Of a stretch of 64,000 nucleotides of DNA, positions 62,828-64,000 are shown in pieces. This stretch comes from Candidatus Thorarchaeota archaeon. GTDB taxonomy: Archaea; Asgardarchaeota; Thorarchaeia; Thorarchaeales; Thorarchaeaceae. The stretch is taken from NCBI GenBank assembly GCA_029855935.1, contig JAGSHN010000016.1, forward strand, positions 32,001 to 96,000, given 5' to 3'. The translations under genes were made by a program, and so were the position numbers. A model generated the notes under the pieces. The model was not told the origin of the DNA. It did not search any database and saw nothing but the letters and a program-made list of their open reading frames with translations. Every line of letters starts with the position of its first letter. Within the stretch, counting starts at the first letter, position 1.

Positions 62828-63739
62828 TCACGGGACGTAGACGAAGGCCGACGCCAGAAGCCGGAGAATCGGGTCCACGAGGCTCCTGTCGAGGTGGCCC
62901 CAGACATAGTTGCACATTGCGATGAACTCTTCCGTGCGGAGCTCAGCATCGGACTTGCCGCCAACAATCTGCTTGGCCATCTTGACAAGCGTCTTCACAA
63001 TGTTCTTTGCATCCCTGTGGTCGCCCAGTATCTTCGTTGTTTCCTGCTCAATGTGCTGGATTCGGCTCTTGATGCGGATGTCTGCAATCTCGTCGCTACC
63101 CAGTGACTTGACGAGGTCCATCAGGACATCGAGTATGCCGTTGTGCAGCCCGGCAATGACCGCCTCCACCTCGTATGCTGTGAAGCGGATTTCCTCTCCG
63201 TCTACGTTCAGCGACCACTTCAGATCGCTGCTTCTGACGAGGTCGAACTGGCGTCCGTCGATGGTTATGTGTTCCTCAAAGTATCTGCTCTCCACACTGC
63301 TCTGAATGGACATCTTGAGGATTGCCGCCTCGGTGACCTTGATCGGTGCTCTCTTGTCGCCGCTTCTCAGCTCCAAGCAGAGATCGTCCTTCGGAGTGAT
63401 CTTTCTGACATAGTCTGACGCAGGCGCGACCTCCACCGGCGGGAGATTCTTCAGAAGCGATGCGAGGTTCCGGACCTCCTCCTCGGTCAGGAGATAGGTC
63501 TGCCTATCGCCTGATATCTTGATGCTACCATCCTCGGTGCGTTCGAAGATGATCTTGTTGCCACCACCCACGTTGGTGGTCTTACGATATTCCTGTCGGT
63601 AGTTGCGCACAGTCTGAGCCAGCTTCTCCAGTGCCGCAGCCACCATATGGGCCTCTCCATACCCTATGGTGATCTCGCCAGCGCTGTCGGTGGCGCGACC
63701 CAGCCCAACAGCTCCATCTCTCCTTATCTTGACGTACAT
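62828..63739 (-). CDS. Hypothetical protein with four beta-beta-beta-alpha repeats and a helical C-terminus
   Basis: Start moved to MYVKIRR; long ORF with an internal repeat pattern. Confidence 0.7.
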   Translation of the reverse strand: MYVKIRRDGAVGLGRATDSAGEITIGYGEAHMVAAALEKLAQTVRNYRQEYRKTTNVGGGNKIIFERTEDGSIKISGDRQTYLLTEEEVRNLASLLKNLPPVEVAPASDYVRKITPKDDLCLELRSGDKRAPIKVTEAAILKMSIQSSVESRYFEEHITIDGRQFDLVRSSDLKWSLNVDGEEIRFTAYEVEAVIAGLHNGILDVLMDLVKSLGSDEIADIRIKSRIQHIEQETTKILGDHRDAKNIVKTLVKMAKQIVGGKSDAELRTEEFIAMCNYVWGHLDRSLVDPILRLLASAFVYVP

Positions 63740-63910
63740 CTTGAGTAACCACTGTGCCAGAGGCCACGGCTGTAAAAAACTGTTGTGACGACGGAGTGTC
63801 CAGTCCATTGCAAAAATGAGTTCTGGAGGAGGTCGGTCCCTCTGCCGCCACTGTGACAGGCGCTCAAGAGGCGGCTCCTCCCACAGAGACTGTTCGTACT
63901 ACTATTGCGA

Positions 63911-64000
63911 CTATATGCCGTCCTTGACATCAAACTTGAGTAGTCCGGCCTCTTTGGTCTTGATTGCAATGTCTATCTTGTGGTCTCCGGGCGATAGCTG
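63911..64000 (-). CDS. 3' end of a hypothetical protein entering from the right edge
   Basis: Open frame QLSPGDHKIDIAIKTKEAGLLKFDVKDGI ending at TAG (63911-63913). Confidence 0.55.
   Translation of the reverse strand, partial: QLSPGDHKIDIAIKTKEAGLLKFDVKDGI

Overview
A gene-dense, GC-rich archaeal window with no tRNA, rRNA, CRISPR array or transposase that I could detect. It is most consistent with an Asgard archaeon, probably Thorarchaeia. That assignment is inferred from the eukaryote-like genes: a single-domain gelsolin, a Vps62-like protein, a longin-domain protein, a GOLD-like membrane protein and a Rab-like GTPase. Ordinary genes include a Mod-type DNA methyltransferase that the ORF track missed because it runs off the left edge, E2/LplA/AhpD-like genes, nadB, iorAB, a sulfonate-type ABC importer, and DHH and PHP phosphoesterases. 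Three loci stand out. (1) 54.6-62.7 kb: an acpS-fkbH-ACP cassette, which is unusual in archaea, flanked by two hexapeptide acyltransferases, a geranylgeranyl-reductase-like flavoprotein and an apparently circularly permuted deacetylase; this is a candidate glyceryl-ACP envelope or lipid modification system. (2) 14.0-29.1 kb: a tightly coupled five-gene operon with an ABC-2 permease, an ATPase carrying two TrmB-like sensor domains, a subtilase whose catalytic Ser appears replaced by Ala and which carries a GIFT-like domain, a second ATPase, and a 2,245-aa Ca-repeat surface protein. (3) 45.2-47.5 kb: a beta-propeller + Ig-like + Rab GTPase fusion. All domain calls are by-eye motif recognition; no searches were run.
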